Assembly: GCA_049294655.1 (NCBI GenBank)
Contig: JBAQDI010000049.1
Span: 7,347-71,346, forward strand
DNA from: Azonexus sp.
GTDB taxonomy: Bacteria > Pseudomonadota > Gammaproteobacteria > Burkholderiales > Rhodocyclaceae
Direction of reading: 5' to 3'
DNA: 64,000 bases
Part shown: positions 26,979 through 36,275 of the stretch, one piece after another
Layout of the letters: each line of letters begins with the position of its first letter
Position numbering within the stretch: position 1 is the first letter of the stretch
The notes under the pieces: model-generated
Told to the model about the DNA's origin: nothing
The model's input: the letters and a program-made list of their open reading frames with translations, nothing else
Databases searched by the model: none
Position numbers and translations under genes: made by a program

Positions 26979-28124
26979 TTGTCGCAAGAGGTAAAGAGAG
27001 GATCACAATTGCGGCAATTTCTGGCCATCGGGCCAAGGCCACAAAAACCCTTTAGAATAAAAAATCAAATCGCCATTGCCCCCCGAGCCGACGCCTTGAA
27101 AAATAGCGAACCGACAGCCCCGATCACCTTAAGGACGATCAAGTACCGCCTGGCCAACGACTTCCAGCTGGCTATCGTCAGCTTGCTGGGTTCGATCGTT
27201 CTGGTGGGAATCACGCCCTTCACGGTGCTGCGCGGCATCAATGCCCACTGGGGCGGCTTCGCCATTGACCTTCTGATCCAGGGTGGCATCGTGGGCAGCA
27301 TGTTGCGCGCCTGGCGAACCGGCGACGCGCACGGCCCCAGCCTCTTCCTGGCCTATTTCATCGGGGTCACGGCGACCAGCGCCATTTATATTCTTGGCGC
27401 CCCCGGAATATATTGGTTCTACCCGGCGGTCGTCGCCAACTTTTTCCTCGTCGACCGGCGCCAGGCCTTGGCCATCGCGCTGCTCAGCCTGCTCGCCGTG
27501 CTCATCGGTGGCGGCGTTACCGCCACCCTGGCGGATGTCGCGTCCTTCTCGGTAACGGCTCTGGTCAGCGCCTTGCTGACCTACGCCTTCGCCTACCGCA
27601 CGGCAATTCAGCGCCAGCAACTGGAAACGCTGGCCATCAAGGATGCCCTGACCGGCGTATTCAACCGCCGCTCGCTTCTCGACGAACTCGAACGGGTGCG
27701 CAATGGGCTCATCCGGGAACACCGGAATTACGGAATTCTTGTGCTCGATCTCGATCACTTCAAGAACATCAACGATCAGCACGGGCATGCCGCCGGTGAC
27801 CGCGTACTCATCGAGGTCGCCCAGTTGCTCGAACGGGACGTCCGCAAGGATGACCGGCTGTTCCGTTACGGCGGCGAAGAGTTTGTCGTTCTCGTCCAGC
27901 AAACCACCCGGGAAAGCCTGCAAGCCATGGCGGAGCACCTGCGCAGCATCGTCGAGCAGCAGATTCGCGACCCGCAAGGCAAGCCCGTCATGGTATCCAT
28001 TGGAGGCGCCGTACTCGATCATGGCGAAACCATCGAAACCTGGTTCGCGCGCGCCGATGCCGCGCTTTACATGGCCAAGAACGCCGGCCGCAACCAGGCC
28101 TTGATCGATCCTGGCCAAGGGTAG
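26979..28124 (+). CDS. Membrane-anchored diguanylate cyclase (GGDEF) with RxxD I-site
   Basis: About 5 TM helices, then LTGVFNRR, DLDHFKNINDQHGH, and RKDDRLFRYGGEEF (RxxD five residues upstream of GGEEF). The exact start is uncertain. Confidence 0.8.
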   Translation: MSQEVKRGSQLRQFLAIGPRPQKPFRIKNQIAIAPRADALKNSEPTAPITLRTIKYRLANDFQLAIVSLLGSIVLVGITPFTVLRGINAHWGGFAIDLLIQGGIVGSMLRAWRTGDAHGPSLFLAYFIGVTATSAIYILGAPGIYWFYPAVVANFFLVDRRQALAIALLSLLAVLIGGGVTATLADVASFSVTALVSALLTYAFAYRTAIQRQQLETLAIKDALTGVFNRRSLLDELERVRNGLIREHRNYGILVLDLDHFKNINDQHGHAAGDRVLIEVAQLLERDVRKDDRLFRYGGEEFVVLVQQTTRESLQAMAEHLRSIVEQQIRDPQGKPVMVSIGGAVLDHGETIETWFARADAALYMAKNAGRNQALIDPGQG

Positions 28125-28194
28125 TCAGCAACGCAGGCTACCCTGTTTGAGGCAAACCCTTGCTCTCTGCCCCCGTTTGATGCGCCGTAATTAC

Positions 28195-29115
28195 CTAAGC
28201 GCCCTGCGGCGCGTCACCGAGGCCGAATTCGGCCTGTAGCGCGGGCTTGTTGTCGCTGATATAGCTGATGACACGACTCAGGTTATCCAGCCGGTTCTTG
28301 ATGAAGTTACCGTCAGAGTTGAGCATTTCTGCCGACTTGGCGAAATTCACGCTGAATTCCTGCACGGCATTGACCCCCCCCGTCTTGTTGCTGGCCAGAA
28401 CCGAGTCCAGGCGCGCCCCGTCGAGCACGGCCAGCTTGCTGACCGGATCAATGCGCAAACCGATATCACCCAGGCCATGCAGGCCGTTCCGGGCACCGTT
28501 GAAGACGTTCGTCACGCCCTGCTCCAGTTCGTAGCGAGAAACCTGCGCGGCCTGGGTGCCGGCCAACGTGCCGCCATCCTGCATGGCCGCGTCGAAGCGC
28601 TGGACCCAGTCGTTGTACTCGCCGACAAATTTCTGCAACTGCGCCTTGAGGCTCGCGTTGTCGCTGGCCGGACTGATACTGCCCAGACTTTCGGCGTTCC
28701 GCTGCATTTCGGAAAGGGCCGACTGCATCTCGCCCAGTTCGGAAAACTGCGCCTGCCAGGCGACTTCCTGGCGATTGATGAAGCTCATCATCCGGTAGGC
28801 CGCCTCAGGGGCGAACAGCGAACTGATGCGGCCGGTCGCCGACGAGCCGTCGAGCGGGCTGCCGGCCGTCGTCGTCGAGGAATTCAGCGATGCCAGCAGC
28901 GCATTCAGACTGCCCGAGCCGCCCACCTCGCCCGTCAGGCCGGAATTCATCAGCGAGCCCAGCGTCTGCGCCTGAAGACCGGCAACCTGCAGCGCCACAT
29001 CGGCAAAGGAGACACCCGGCGCTGACCCCGGACTCTGCCCAGCCGGCCTCTGGTTGCTGCCGAGTTGGGCCAGCGCGAGCTGGATATTGGCATTCGTGAC
29101 ATTGCTGACTGACAT
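28195..29115 (-). CDS. Hypothetical protein with FliD (flagellar cap)-like sequence pattern
   Basis: 306 aa, Ser/Gly/Ala-rich N-terminus. Segments QAQFSELGEMQSALSEMQ, LQKFVGEYNDWVQRF and LGDIGLRIDPVSKLAVLDGARLDSVLASN resemble FliD conserved blocks by eye only. Confidence 0.35.
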   Translation of the reverse strand: MSVSNVTNANIQLALAQLGSNQRPAGQSPGSAPGVSFADVALQVAGLQAQTLGSLMNSGLTGEVGGSGSLNALLASLNSSTTTAGSPLDGSSATGRISSLFAPEAAYRMMSFINRQEVAWQAQFSELGEMQSALSEMQRNAESLGSISPASDNASLKAQLQKFVGEYNDWVQRFDAAMQDGGTLAGTQAAQVSRYELEQGVTNVFNGARNGLHGLGDIGLRIDPVSKLAVLDGARLDSVLASNKTGGVNAVQEFSVNFAKSAEMLNSDGNFIKNRLDNLSRVISYISDNKPALQAEFGLGDAPQGA

Positions 29116-29380
29116 ATAAGCTCCAAAGGCAGGAACTGCGCGACGGTAAGAAACCGGCGTCCTGGTAGAGGATACTCCTGAGCCAGGCGAACGAAGTAGG
29201 TGATCGGGGTGGCCAGCCCGTCACGGCCCGGCGCTGACAAACCGCCCTCGGCTTCCGACCGCCAGGCCGCAACCGGAAGCGGCGTGCCGATGAAAGCCTC
29301 AATCTGATTTGAGGTAAATGGGTGGCGGGACTAGCTAGGGGTAAGCATTTACCGGCCATTCATGCTGGCCGCCTCTAAAG

Positions 29381-29405
29381 ACCGCTTAGCAGAGTGCCAA
29401 GCGGT
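29381..29405 (-). terminator. Possible terminator hairpin downstream of the CZB gene
   Basis: On the minus strand, ACCGCTT-N11-AAGCGGT (7-bp stem) is followed by CTTTAG. The weak T-tract lowers confidence. Confidence 0.35.
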
Positions 29406-29415
29406 GCTCGGCTGA

Positions 29416-29844
29416 TTACGCCTTGACCTGCTTTTCCAGCCTTTCGAGGGCGGCGACTACGTGCATCGAGTAACGATCAAAATCGCCCTGCAAGGTTTTA
29501 CGGGCTGACTTTTCGTCGTCTTTCTTGTGAAAACCAACCACTTCGGCAGCCGAGCGGTGAAAACAGGCATGATCGGTCACCAACTGCTGGAAGGTATTCT
29601 CCTCCTTGTAGAATTTCGAACCATTGCCGTGAATCCACTTCCCCAACTCGCAGCGGTCATCATGGCAGATCACATTCTCGTCCAGATTTTCAACGCTCGT
29701 CCCGTTGATGTAATCCTGCAGACGACGGCGCCAGTTGCGATGCGCGGCGATCCATTTTTGGAAATCGAGGTCATCTTCCTGCAGGCCTTCAACTGAGCGC
29801 CCCTTGAAGAAGGACAGTTTTCGGAACAAATCAAAGAAACCCAT
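29416..29844 (-). CDS. CZB (chemoreceptor zinc-binding) domain protein
   Basis: WIAAHRNWRRRL...CHDDRCELGKWIHG...HACFHRSAAEVV shows the His/Cys pattern of CZB domains. 142 aa, stand-alone. Confidence 0.7.
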   Translation of the reverse strand: MGFFDLFRKLSFFKGRSVEGLQEDDLDFQKWIAAHRNWRRRLQDYINGTSVENLDENVICHDDRCELGKWIHGNGSKFYKEENTFQQLVTDHACFHRSAAEVVGFHKKDDEKSARKTLQGDFDRYSMHVVAALERLEKQVKA

Positions 29845-30044
29845 GGCTGCACGTCCATAAATGATTTTGGAATAGTGTGATCAGCTATGTCGTCTGATCG
29901 ACTTTTTTGCCAAGTATATAAAAGCGAGAACGGCAGAATCAAGTTCGAAGTGGTGCCAGCGGGCATGCCCGTTTGTTCACCCATCAGAGGGCAAGCCCGG
30001 ATTCCATTTGATTGCTCCAGGCTGCGCTTGCTGGCAACCCGCTC

Positions 30045-30533
30045 TTACCCGACCTCACCCAGCCACTCTGCCAGACTCGCCTGGCGCAGCAAGCGCTCGA
30101 CCAGCTGCAGCGCTGCCTCGACCCGCTGCTGCGCGGCCGGGCTGATGTCTTCGCCGAGTTCGAAATGTTCGCCGCGCACGCCAAGAACGAAGCTGGGCGG
30201 CGCTTCATGGCCTTCGATCTGCAGGTACACCTGCAGAACGGCCGGCGGTTCCAGCGAGTGCGTGCTGTGCGAGGGTTCCGGCGAGGCGTGGATTTGCCGG
30301 AAGAAATAGGGATCCGCCGTGTTTTCACCGGCATCGATGAAGAGGACGAGTTCGCGCCCTTTCAGATCGAACGCGTATTCGATGTTGAGCTGAAAATCCT
30401 CGATGATTTCGACCTGCCCGGCCAGGCCTTCTTCCGCCAGCCAGCTTTCGAGCCGGCCGGCGATGACCGGCCCGATGGCGTCGTCGCCGCGGCTGGGATT
30501 GCCGACGGCGAAGACGACAACGGGCGCCGTCAC
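30045..30533 (-). CDS. hoxW: Hydrogenase maturation endopeptidase HoxW
   Basis: VVFAVGNPSRGDDAIGP motif. The GTG start overlaps the hoxH stop (GTGA). Confidence 0.8.
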   Translation of the reverse strand: MTAPVVVFAVGNPSRGDDAIGPVIAGRLESWLAEEGLAGQVEIIEDFQLNIEYAFDLKGRELVLFIDAGENTADPYFFRQIHASPEPSHSTHSLEPPAVLQVYLQIEGHEAPPSFVLGVRGEHFELGEDISPAAQQRVEAALQLVERLLRQASLAEWLGEVG

Positions 30534-31996
30534 AGGCCGCGGCTCAGATGATCGATCTGCTGACCTTCCGCATCAAGCAGTTCGACGATCAGCGGCATCT
30601 TGCCCAGCGCATGTGTCGCGCAGGACAGGCAGGGATCGAAGGCGCGGATGGCGACCTCAATGTGGTTGAGCAGGCCTTCGGTCACTTCGCGGCCGTGCAG
30701 GTAGCGGCGGGCGACGTGGCGGATGGCTTCATTCATCGCCTGGTTGTTGTTGGTCGTCGAGACGATGAGGTTGGCCATCGTGACGAGGTCGTTCTCATCG
30801 ACCTGGTAGTGATGGAACAGCGTGCCGCGCGGCGCCTCGATGACACCGACCCCCTCCATCTGGCGCTCGCCCTGCACCACCAGGTCGCTACCCAGCAGGT
30901 CATCGTCGTGTAGCAGTTCCTTGATCACCTCGGCGGCGTGCAGCATCTCGATCATGCGCGTCCAGTGATAGGCCAGCGGCGCATGCATGGGCGAGCCGCC
31001 GGCATAGTCGACGAACTCCCGGCGCTCGCTTTCGGCAAAGGGCGTCGAGATCTGGTTGCAGTTCTGCACCCGGGCCAGCGGGCCGACCTTGTACCAGCCA
31101 TGTTCCTTGCCGATGGACTTGAAGAACGGGAACTTCATGTAGCTCCACGGCCGCACTTCTTCTTCGATGTACTGGTCGTATTGCTGGTAATCGACATGGT
31201 CGAAAATGATCTTGCCGTTGTCGTCGCGGGCACGCAGCGTACCGTGATAGAAGTCGAGATCGCCGTTGTTGCCGACCAGCGACATGAAATTGGAACGGAA
31301 GATGCCGAAACTGTTGTACAGGCCGGGATCCTGCGTATGCACCTTCTGGATCAGCTGCACCGCTTCGCGCGACCACTGGACGATGTGATAGATGTCCTTG
31401 AGCAGTTCGTCGCGCTCGGCAATGGTCAAGGCCTTGTTGACGCCACCGGGGATGGCACCGGTACCATGGACGCGCTTGCCGGCGGTGACGCGAATGACTT
31501 CCTGGCCGAACTTGCGCAGCAGCACGCCACGCTTGGCGGTCTCCGGATGGGCCATGGCGACGCCGACGATGTTGCGTTTGGTCACATCGCTGTCGAAACC
31601 AAACAGGAGATCAGGCGAACAGAGATGGAAGAAATGCAGCGCATGCGATTGCAGCATCTGGCCGTAGTGCATGAGCCGGCGCATTTTCTCGGCCGTTGCC
31701 GTAAGCTTTTTGGCCCCAATGATGACATCGAGCGCCTTGGAGGCCGCCAGGTGGTGCGACACCGGGCAGATGCCGCACAGGCGCTGGACCATGACTGGCA
31801 CTTCCCAGTACGGGCGGCCCTGGATGAACTTCTCGAAGCCACGGAACTCGACGATGTGCAGGCGCACCTGATGCACCTTGTTCTGGTCGTCGAGCAGGAT
31901 GGTCACCTTGCCGTGGCCCTCGACCCGGGATACCGGATCAATCGCGACGCGGCGCAGGGTTTCGGGGTGGGCGGCGGTTTCTAGCTGGTAGGTCAT
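30530..31996 (-). CDS. hoxH: NAD-reducing [NiFe]-hydrogenase large subunit HoxH
   Basis: [11 protein letters not shown]-terminal CGICPVSH and C-terminal DPCLSCATH Ni-binding motifs, followed by a ~24-aa cleavable extension. Confidence 0.9.
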   Translation of the reverse strand: MTYQLETAAHPETLRRVAIDPVSRVEGHGKVTILLDDQNKVHQVRLHIVEFRGFEKFIQGRPYWEVPVMVQRLCGICPVSHHLAASKALDVIIGAKKLTATAEKMRRLMHYGQMLQSHALHFFHLCSPDLLFGFDSDVTKRNIVGVAMAHPETAKRGVLLRKFGQEVIRVTAGKRVHGTGAIPGGVNKALTIAERDELLKDIYHIVQWSREAVQLIQKVHTQDPGLYNSFGIFRSNFMSLVGNNGDLDFYHGTLRARDDNGKIIFDHVDYQQYDQYIEEEVRPWSYMKFPFFKSIGKEHGWYKVGPLARVQNCNQISTPFAESERREFVDYAGGSPMHAPLAYHWTRMIEMLHAAEVIKELLHDDDLLGSDLVVQGERQMEGVGVIEAPRGTLFHHYQVDENDLVTMANLIVSTTNNNQAMNEAIRHVARRYLHGREVTEGLLNHIEVAIRAFDPCLSCATHALGKMPLIVELLDAEGQQIDHLSRGL

Positions 31997-32008
31997 TTTC
32001 TACCTCAA

Positions 32009-32557
32009 TTAATCGTAGTGCATCAGGCCGTGGCCTAATTCAGGTTCTTTTCCGGCAAGAAGGTCTGTCAGCACCTTCCAGATCGCGTCAGCCGAAGGCG
32101 GGCAGCCCGGCATGAAGTAATCGATCTTCACCACTTCATGGATCGGATGCACCTGGTTGAGCGGCAATGGCAGTTCGGGATCGTTCGGGATCATGCCGTT
32201 TTTCAGTCCCGGGCTGGTGTGATAGACCTCTTCGAGAATGGTCGTCAGCGGCAGGTGGTTGCGTTGCGCCGGCAGACCGCCGTTGATGGCGCAGGCGCCC
32301 ATGGCGATCAGGATCTTGCAGTTCTTGCGGAATTCCCGCAACACATGGACATTCTCGGCATTGCACAGGCCGCCCTCAATGATCCCGATATCGCAATCCG
32401 GGCTGCAGGTCTTGATGTCGGTCAGCGGCGAACGGTCAAACTCGATGTATTCGAGCAGCGTGAACAGCCGTTCGTCGATGTCGAGAAAAGACATGTGACA
32501 GCCGAAACAGCCGGCCAGCGAGGTGGTGGCGACCTTGAGCTTCTTCTTGGCGGTCAT
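32009..32557 (-). CDS. hoxY: NAD-reducing hydrogenase small subunit HoxY
   Basis: MTAKKKLKVATTSLAGCFGCHMSFLDIDERL. Start trimmed to the ATG at 32557, directly after the hoxU stop. Confidence 0.85.
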   Translation of the reverse strand: MTAKKKLKVATTSLAGCFGCHMSFLDIDERLFTLLEYIEFDRSPLTDIKTCSPDCDIGIIEGGLCNAENVHVLREFRKNCKILIAMGACAINGGLPAQRNHLPLTTILEEVYHTSPGLKNGMIPNDPELPLPLNQVHPIHEVVKIDYFMPGCPPSADAIWKVLTDLLAGKEPELGHGLMHYD

Positions 32558-32558
32558 C

Positions 32559-33266
32559 TCAGCGGCCCTCCGTCGTTTCGGTGTTTTGGGAAATCGGCGC
32601 CTTGTCGTACTTGCGCTCACCGATCGGCACGGCAAACCCCTGGCGTTTGGTCAGGATGACGCCGACCGGACAGACCTGCGCCGCCTTGTCGGCCAGCGTG
32701 AAATCGGTGTCGGCCAGGCGCCCGGACTTGGCATTGACGATCAGGTGCGTCTTGATGCCGCGCCCGGACAGCCCGAAAACGTTCTTGCCATCGACATCGC
32801 GACTGGCTCGCACGCACAACGAGCAAAGGATGCAGCGATTGAAGTCGAGCAGCACGTCGGGGTGCGAGGCGTCGACGGCGCGATTCGGGAAGAAATGGTC
32901 GTAGCGCGCCGACATCATGCCGAGATGGTAGGCCGTGGCCTGCAACTGGCAATTGCCGCTCTTCTCGCACGACGGGCAGAAATGGTTGCCCTCGACGAAC
33001 AGCATCTGGGTCAGCGCCCGGCGTTCGGCGTTGATTTCCTCGGTTTCGCTCTCGACCACCATGCCGGCCGCGGCGCGCATCGTGCACGAAGCCGTGTGCC
33101 GGCCATTGACCTTGACCGTGCACAGTTTGCACGAACCGTGCGGCTTGAATTCCGGGTGGTAACAGAGGTGCGGAATGAAGACGCCGGCTGCGCTGGCCGC
33201 CTGAATGATGGTCTGCCCTTCGACGAAGGGAATCACCTTGCCGTCGAGCGTAAAGGTATGGCTCAT
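32559..33266 (-). CDS. hoxU: Diaphorase Fe-S subunit HoxU
   Basis: N-terminal 2Fe-2S (CYHPEFKPHGSCKLCTV) and 4Fe-4S Cys clusters, similar to the NuoG N-terminus. Start overlaps the hoxF stop (ATGA). Confidence 0.85.
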   Translation of the reverse strand: MSHTFTLDGKVIPFVEGQTIIQAASAAGVFIPHLCYHPEFKPHGSCKLCTVKVNGRHTASCTMRAAAGMVVESETEEINAERRALTQMLFVEGNHFCPSCEKSGNCQLQATAYHLGMMSARYDHFFPNRAVDASHPDVLLDFNRCILCSLCVRASRDVDGKNVFGLSGRGIKTHLIVNAKSGRLADTDFTLADKAAQVCPVGVILTKRQGFAVPIGERKYDKAPISQNTETTEGR

Positions 33267-35161
33267 GATTGACCTCCATGTTCCGTTGCCAGATGCGCCC
33301 CGGCATCGTCGCGGCCCGTCATCTGGCGGGCTGCCGACAGTTCGCGGTCAAGATTGAAGGCCGGCGTGAAGTCCTGCTGCATCATCCGCTTGTCGTAGGC
33401 CGGGCGGAACTTGGCGATGGTATCGAGCACGGGATTGCAGGCGGTATGGCCGAGGCCGCAATGGCTCATGGCTTGCAGCAACTGGTTGAGTTGCTCGATT
33501 TCGGCGAAGTCGTAGGGCGACCCGCAGCCGTAATGCAGCTTGTCCATGAGGTTCTTGAGCAACGAGGTGCCGACCCGGCACGGCGTGCAGAAACCGCAAC
33601 TTTCGTGCTGGAAAAAATGCACGTAGTTACGCGCCACCTGGAACATGTCGCGGCTCTTGTTGAAGATCGTGAAGGCGCCAGCCGTCGGGATGTCCTCGAA
33701 GCCGATGATGCGGTCGAACTCATTCTCGGCGGCGCAGATGCCGGACGGCCCGCTGACCTGCACGGCCTGCGTATCGGTCGCCCCGCAGTCTTCGAGCACC
33801 TGCCGGATGCTGACGCCGAAGGGATATTCATAGATGCCAGGCCGCGCGCAATCGCCGGATACGGACAGGATTTTGGTCCCGGCCGAGTGCTTGGTGCCGA
33901 TACCGGCGTACCACTCGCCGCCCTTGAGGGCAATGAGCGCTGCCGCGGCAAAGGTTTCGACATTATTGACGATGGTTGGCTGGTCGAGATAACCGTTGGT
34001 CACCGGGAAAGGTGGCCGGTTGCGCGGCGTGCCGCGTTTGCCTTCGAGCGACTCGATGAGCGCCGATTCCTCGCCGCAAACGTAGGCGCCGGCACCAACG
34101 TGGATCTCGATGTCGAAATCCGCTCCGGGCAGGCCGCAGATGTCCTTGCCCAACACGTGCAGGCGCCGGCGGTTGGCGAGCACGGCATTGAGGTGGTCGA
34201 GCAGGTAGCGGTATTCGCCGCGCAGATAGACGAAGCCGCGCGTCGCTCCGGCGGCGTAAGCCGCCACCGTCATGCCTTCGAAAACGAGATCAGGATTTTT
34301 CGAGAGCAGGACGCGATCCTTGAAGGTGCCCGGTTCGCCTTCGTCGGCATTGCAGACGACGATGCGCTGGTGGCCGGCCTTGAGCTGCGCATTGCGGCAG
34401 GCTTCCCATTTCAGGCCGGTGGTGAAACCCGCGCCACCCCGACCGCGCAGGCCGGAATGCTTGATTTCATCGAGCGTGGCAGCCGGACCGCCGATGCCAC
34501 TGGGCAAGCCTTCGCGCCACGAGCGCATGTTGGAGGAGTTGAGGCCATCGCTCGGCGTCCGCTCCCGCGCCGCGAGCAAGGCATCACCGGGTTTCAAGTC
34601 GGCATTGAGCAGGATGTCAGCCCGCCGGATGTTGTCTTCAATCTTGAAATAGGCCGGCGGCCAGTCGGTCAGCGGCACCTTGTTGCGGATCAGTTCGGCG
34701 ATTTCGTCGATACGTTGTTCAGTCAAGCCGGAAATTGCGTAGTTATTGACCAGCATGCCCGGCCCCTGGTCGCACAGGCCGGTACAGGCTGTCTTGCCGA
34801 CGCTGACCAGGCCGTCTTCGGAAACCTTGCCGCGCTCGACCCAAAGGTTGGCGCACAGGCGTTCCATGAGGCCCCGGTTGCCCTGCATGCGGTCAGTAAT
34901 GTTGTCGGAAAACAACACCCGGTATTTGCCACGCGGCTCGGTGTAGATGAAGGAGTAAAAGCCGGCGACACCTTCGATCTTGGTGCGCGGCACGCCGAGT
35001 ACGGTCTGAATGCGGTCGATGGCTTCGGGGGGAACCCAATCGCAGGCCTCCTGGACTTCGCGAAGTATCTGCAACATACAGGTTGGGTCGTGCCGATATC
35101 GATTGATCACCTGGTCTACAACAGCGGCGATCGCTTCGGCATGCATTTCGTTGTATCCCAC
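33263..35161 (-). CDS. hoxF: Diaphorase NAD(H)/FMN-binding subunit HoxF (NuoE-like N-terminus fused to NuoF-like core)
   Basis: [16 protein letters not shown] and ESCGFCTPCRVG NuoF-type motifs, with an N-terminal thioredoxin-like 2Fe-2S region. Confidence 0.85.
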   Translation of the reverse strand: MGYNEMHAEAIAAVVDQVINRYRHDPTCMLQILREVQEACDWVPPEAIDRIQTVLGVPRTKIEGVAGFYSFIYTEPRGKYRVLFSDNITDRMQGNRGLMERLCANLWVERGKVSEDGLVSVGKTACTGLCDQGPGMLVNNYAISGLTEQRIDEIAELIRNKVPLTDWPPAYFKIEDNIRRADILLNADLKPGDALLAARERTPSDGLNSSNMRSWREGLPSGIGGPAATLDEIKHSGLRGRGGAGFTTGLKWEACRNAQLKAGHQRIVVCNADEGEPGTFKDRVLLSKNPDLVFEGMTVAAYAAGATRGFVYLRGEYRYLLDHLNAVLANRRRLHVLGKDICGLPGADFDIEIHVGAGAYVCGEESALIESLEGKRGTPRNRPPFPVTNGYLDQPTIVNNVETFAAAALIALKGGEWYAGIGTKHSAGTKILSVSGDCARPGIYEYPFGVSIRQVLEDCGATDTQAVQVSGPSGICAAENEFDRIIGFEDIPTAGAFTIFNKSRDMFQVARNYVHFFQHESCGFCTPCRVGTSLLKNLMDKLHYGCGSPYDFAEIEQLNQLLQAMSHCGLGHTACNPVLDTIAKFRPAYDKRMMQQDFTPAFNLDRELSAARQMTGRDDAGAHLATEHGGQS

Positions 35162-35220
35162 GACAAGCCTCCCAAAATTGCCTATGACATGAGAAGACTA
35201 GCACCGGAACATTTCCATTT

Positions 35221-35234
35221 ATTGTCGGAGGTCA
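35221..35234. promoter_or_regulatory. Possible CRP/FNR-family site TTGT-N6-TCAA upstream of hoxF
   Basis: TTGTCGGAGGTCAA matches 7 of 8 positions of TTGA-N6-TCAA, 60-73 bp upstream of the hoxF ATG in the hoxF/fabI divergent region. Confidence 0.25.
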
Positions 35235-35383
35235 ACGTCCGGGCATTTGTCACACTCCAGAAAAGAGGAATGTGCAACAATGATGCTGCATCGCAACACC
35301 CACAAAGCACCAGCAGCCGGCGTTTCATGCCTCTTATTGGTGCAACGCAATACTCCTTGATCGACCCTGGAAGGACGAACAGC

Positions 35384-36190
35384 ATGAACACCATAAATGA
35401 ACTCTCCGTGGCACAATCCACCGCCCTGTTGCCGCTGGCTGGCAAAAAAGGCCTGATCACCGGCGTCGCCAACGACAAGTCGATCGCCTTCGCGGTCGCC
35501 AAGGCCATCCGTGCTCTGGGTGGCGAAATTGCCCTGACCTACCAGAACGAGAAGACCGCCAAGTACACCCAGCCGCTGGCCGAGTCCCTGGGTGCCAAGC
35601 TCTTCCTGAAGCTAGATGTCAGCGAGGAAGGCAGCCTGGAAGCGGCCATTGCCAAATGCGGCGAAGAATTCGGCGAACTCGATTTCGCCATCCACTCGAT
35701 GGCCTTCTGCAACGGCGATGACCTGCACGGCCGCGTCATCGACACCTCGGAAGCCGGCTTCGATTCCGCCATGAACATTTCCTGCCACAGCTTCCTGCGC
35801 ATGGCCAAGGCACTGGAGCCACTGATGTCGCATGGCGGCTCGCTGATCACCATGTCCTACCTGGGCGCCGAGCGCGTTGTGCGCAACTATGGCGTCATGG
35901 GCATCATCAAGGCGGCGCTCGAATCGGCCGTCCGCTACATGGCCTACGACCTCGGCCCCAAGGGCATCCGCGTCTTCGCCGTGTCGCCCGGCCCGATCAT
36001 GACGCGTGCCGCCTCCGGCATTGCCCATTTCGACAAGCTGCTCGAATCCGATGCCGTCAAGGCACCGCTCGGCCGCACCGTGACCATCGACGAAGTCGGC
36101 GCCCTGACCGCCTTCCTGTGCACCCCGGGCTCGTCGGGCATGACCGGCCAGACCATCTACGTTGACGGCGGCGCCCACATCGTCGCCTGA
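35384..36190 (+). CDS. fabI: Enoyl-[acyl-carrier-protein] reductase (NADH) FabI
   Basis: LAGKKGLITGVANDKSIAF, catalytic Y-x6-K (YGVMGIIK), and SPGPIMTRAASGI. It is the 3' end of a 973-aa track ORF whose upstream part is antisense to hoxF. Confidence 0.9.
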   Translation: MNTINELSVAQSTALLPLAGKKGLITGVANDKSIAFAVAKAIRALGGEIALTYQNEKTAKYTQPLAESLGAKLFLKLDVSEEGSLEAAIAKCGEEFGELDFAIHSMAFCNGDDLHGRVIDTSEAGFDSAMNISCHSFLRMAKALEPLMSHGGSLITMSYLGAERVVRNYGVMGIIKAALESAVRYMAYDLGPKGIRVFAVSPGPIMTRAASGIAHFDKLLESDAVKAPLGRTVTIDEVGALTAFLCTPGSSGMTGQTIYVDGGAHIVA

Positions 36191-36275
36191 TCAGACTTGC
36201 CTGAAACCGCGAGGTGCAGCCCATCTGCATCTTGCGGTATGCTGAAACTTTCAGGCTTTGCCGGCGGAGCAGCTC

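Noticed and set aside
29845-30044. Sigma-54 promoter (TGGCAC-N5-TTGC) upstream of the CZB gene; 12-bp palindrome CGGGCATGCCCG
   Set aside because: A TGGCAC is present on the minus strand but there is no TTGC at the required spacing. The palindrome alone, with no T-tract or second half-site context, is insufficient for a call.
33269-35383. Upstream ~700 codons of the 973-aa plus-strand ORF that ends as fabI
   Set aside because: Only the last 269 codons (from ATG 35384) encode FabI motifs. The remainder is antisense to hoxF and crosses the hoxF-fabI intergenic region.
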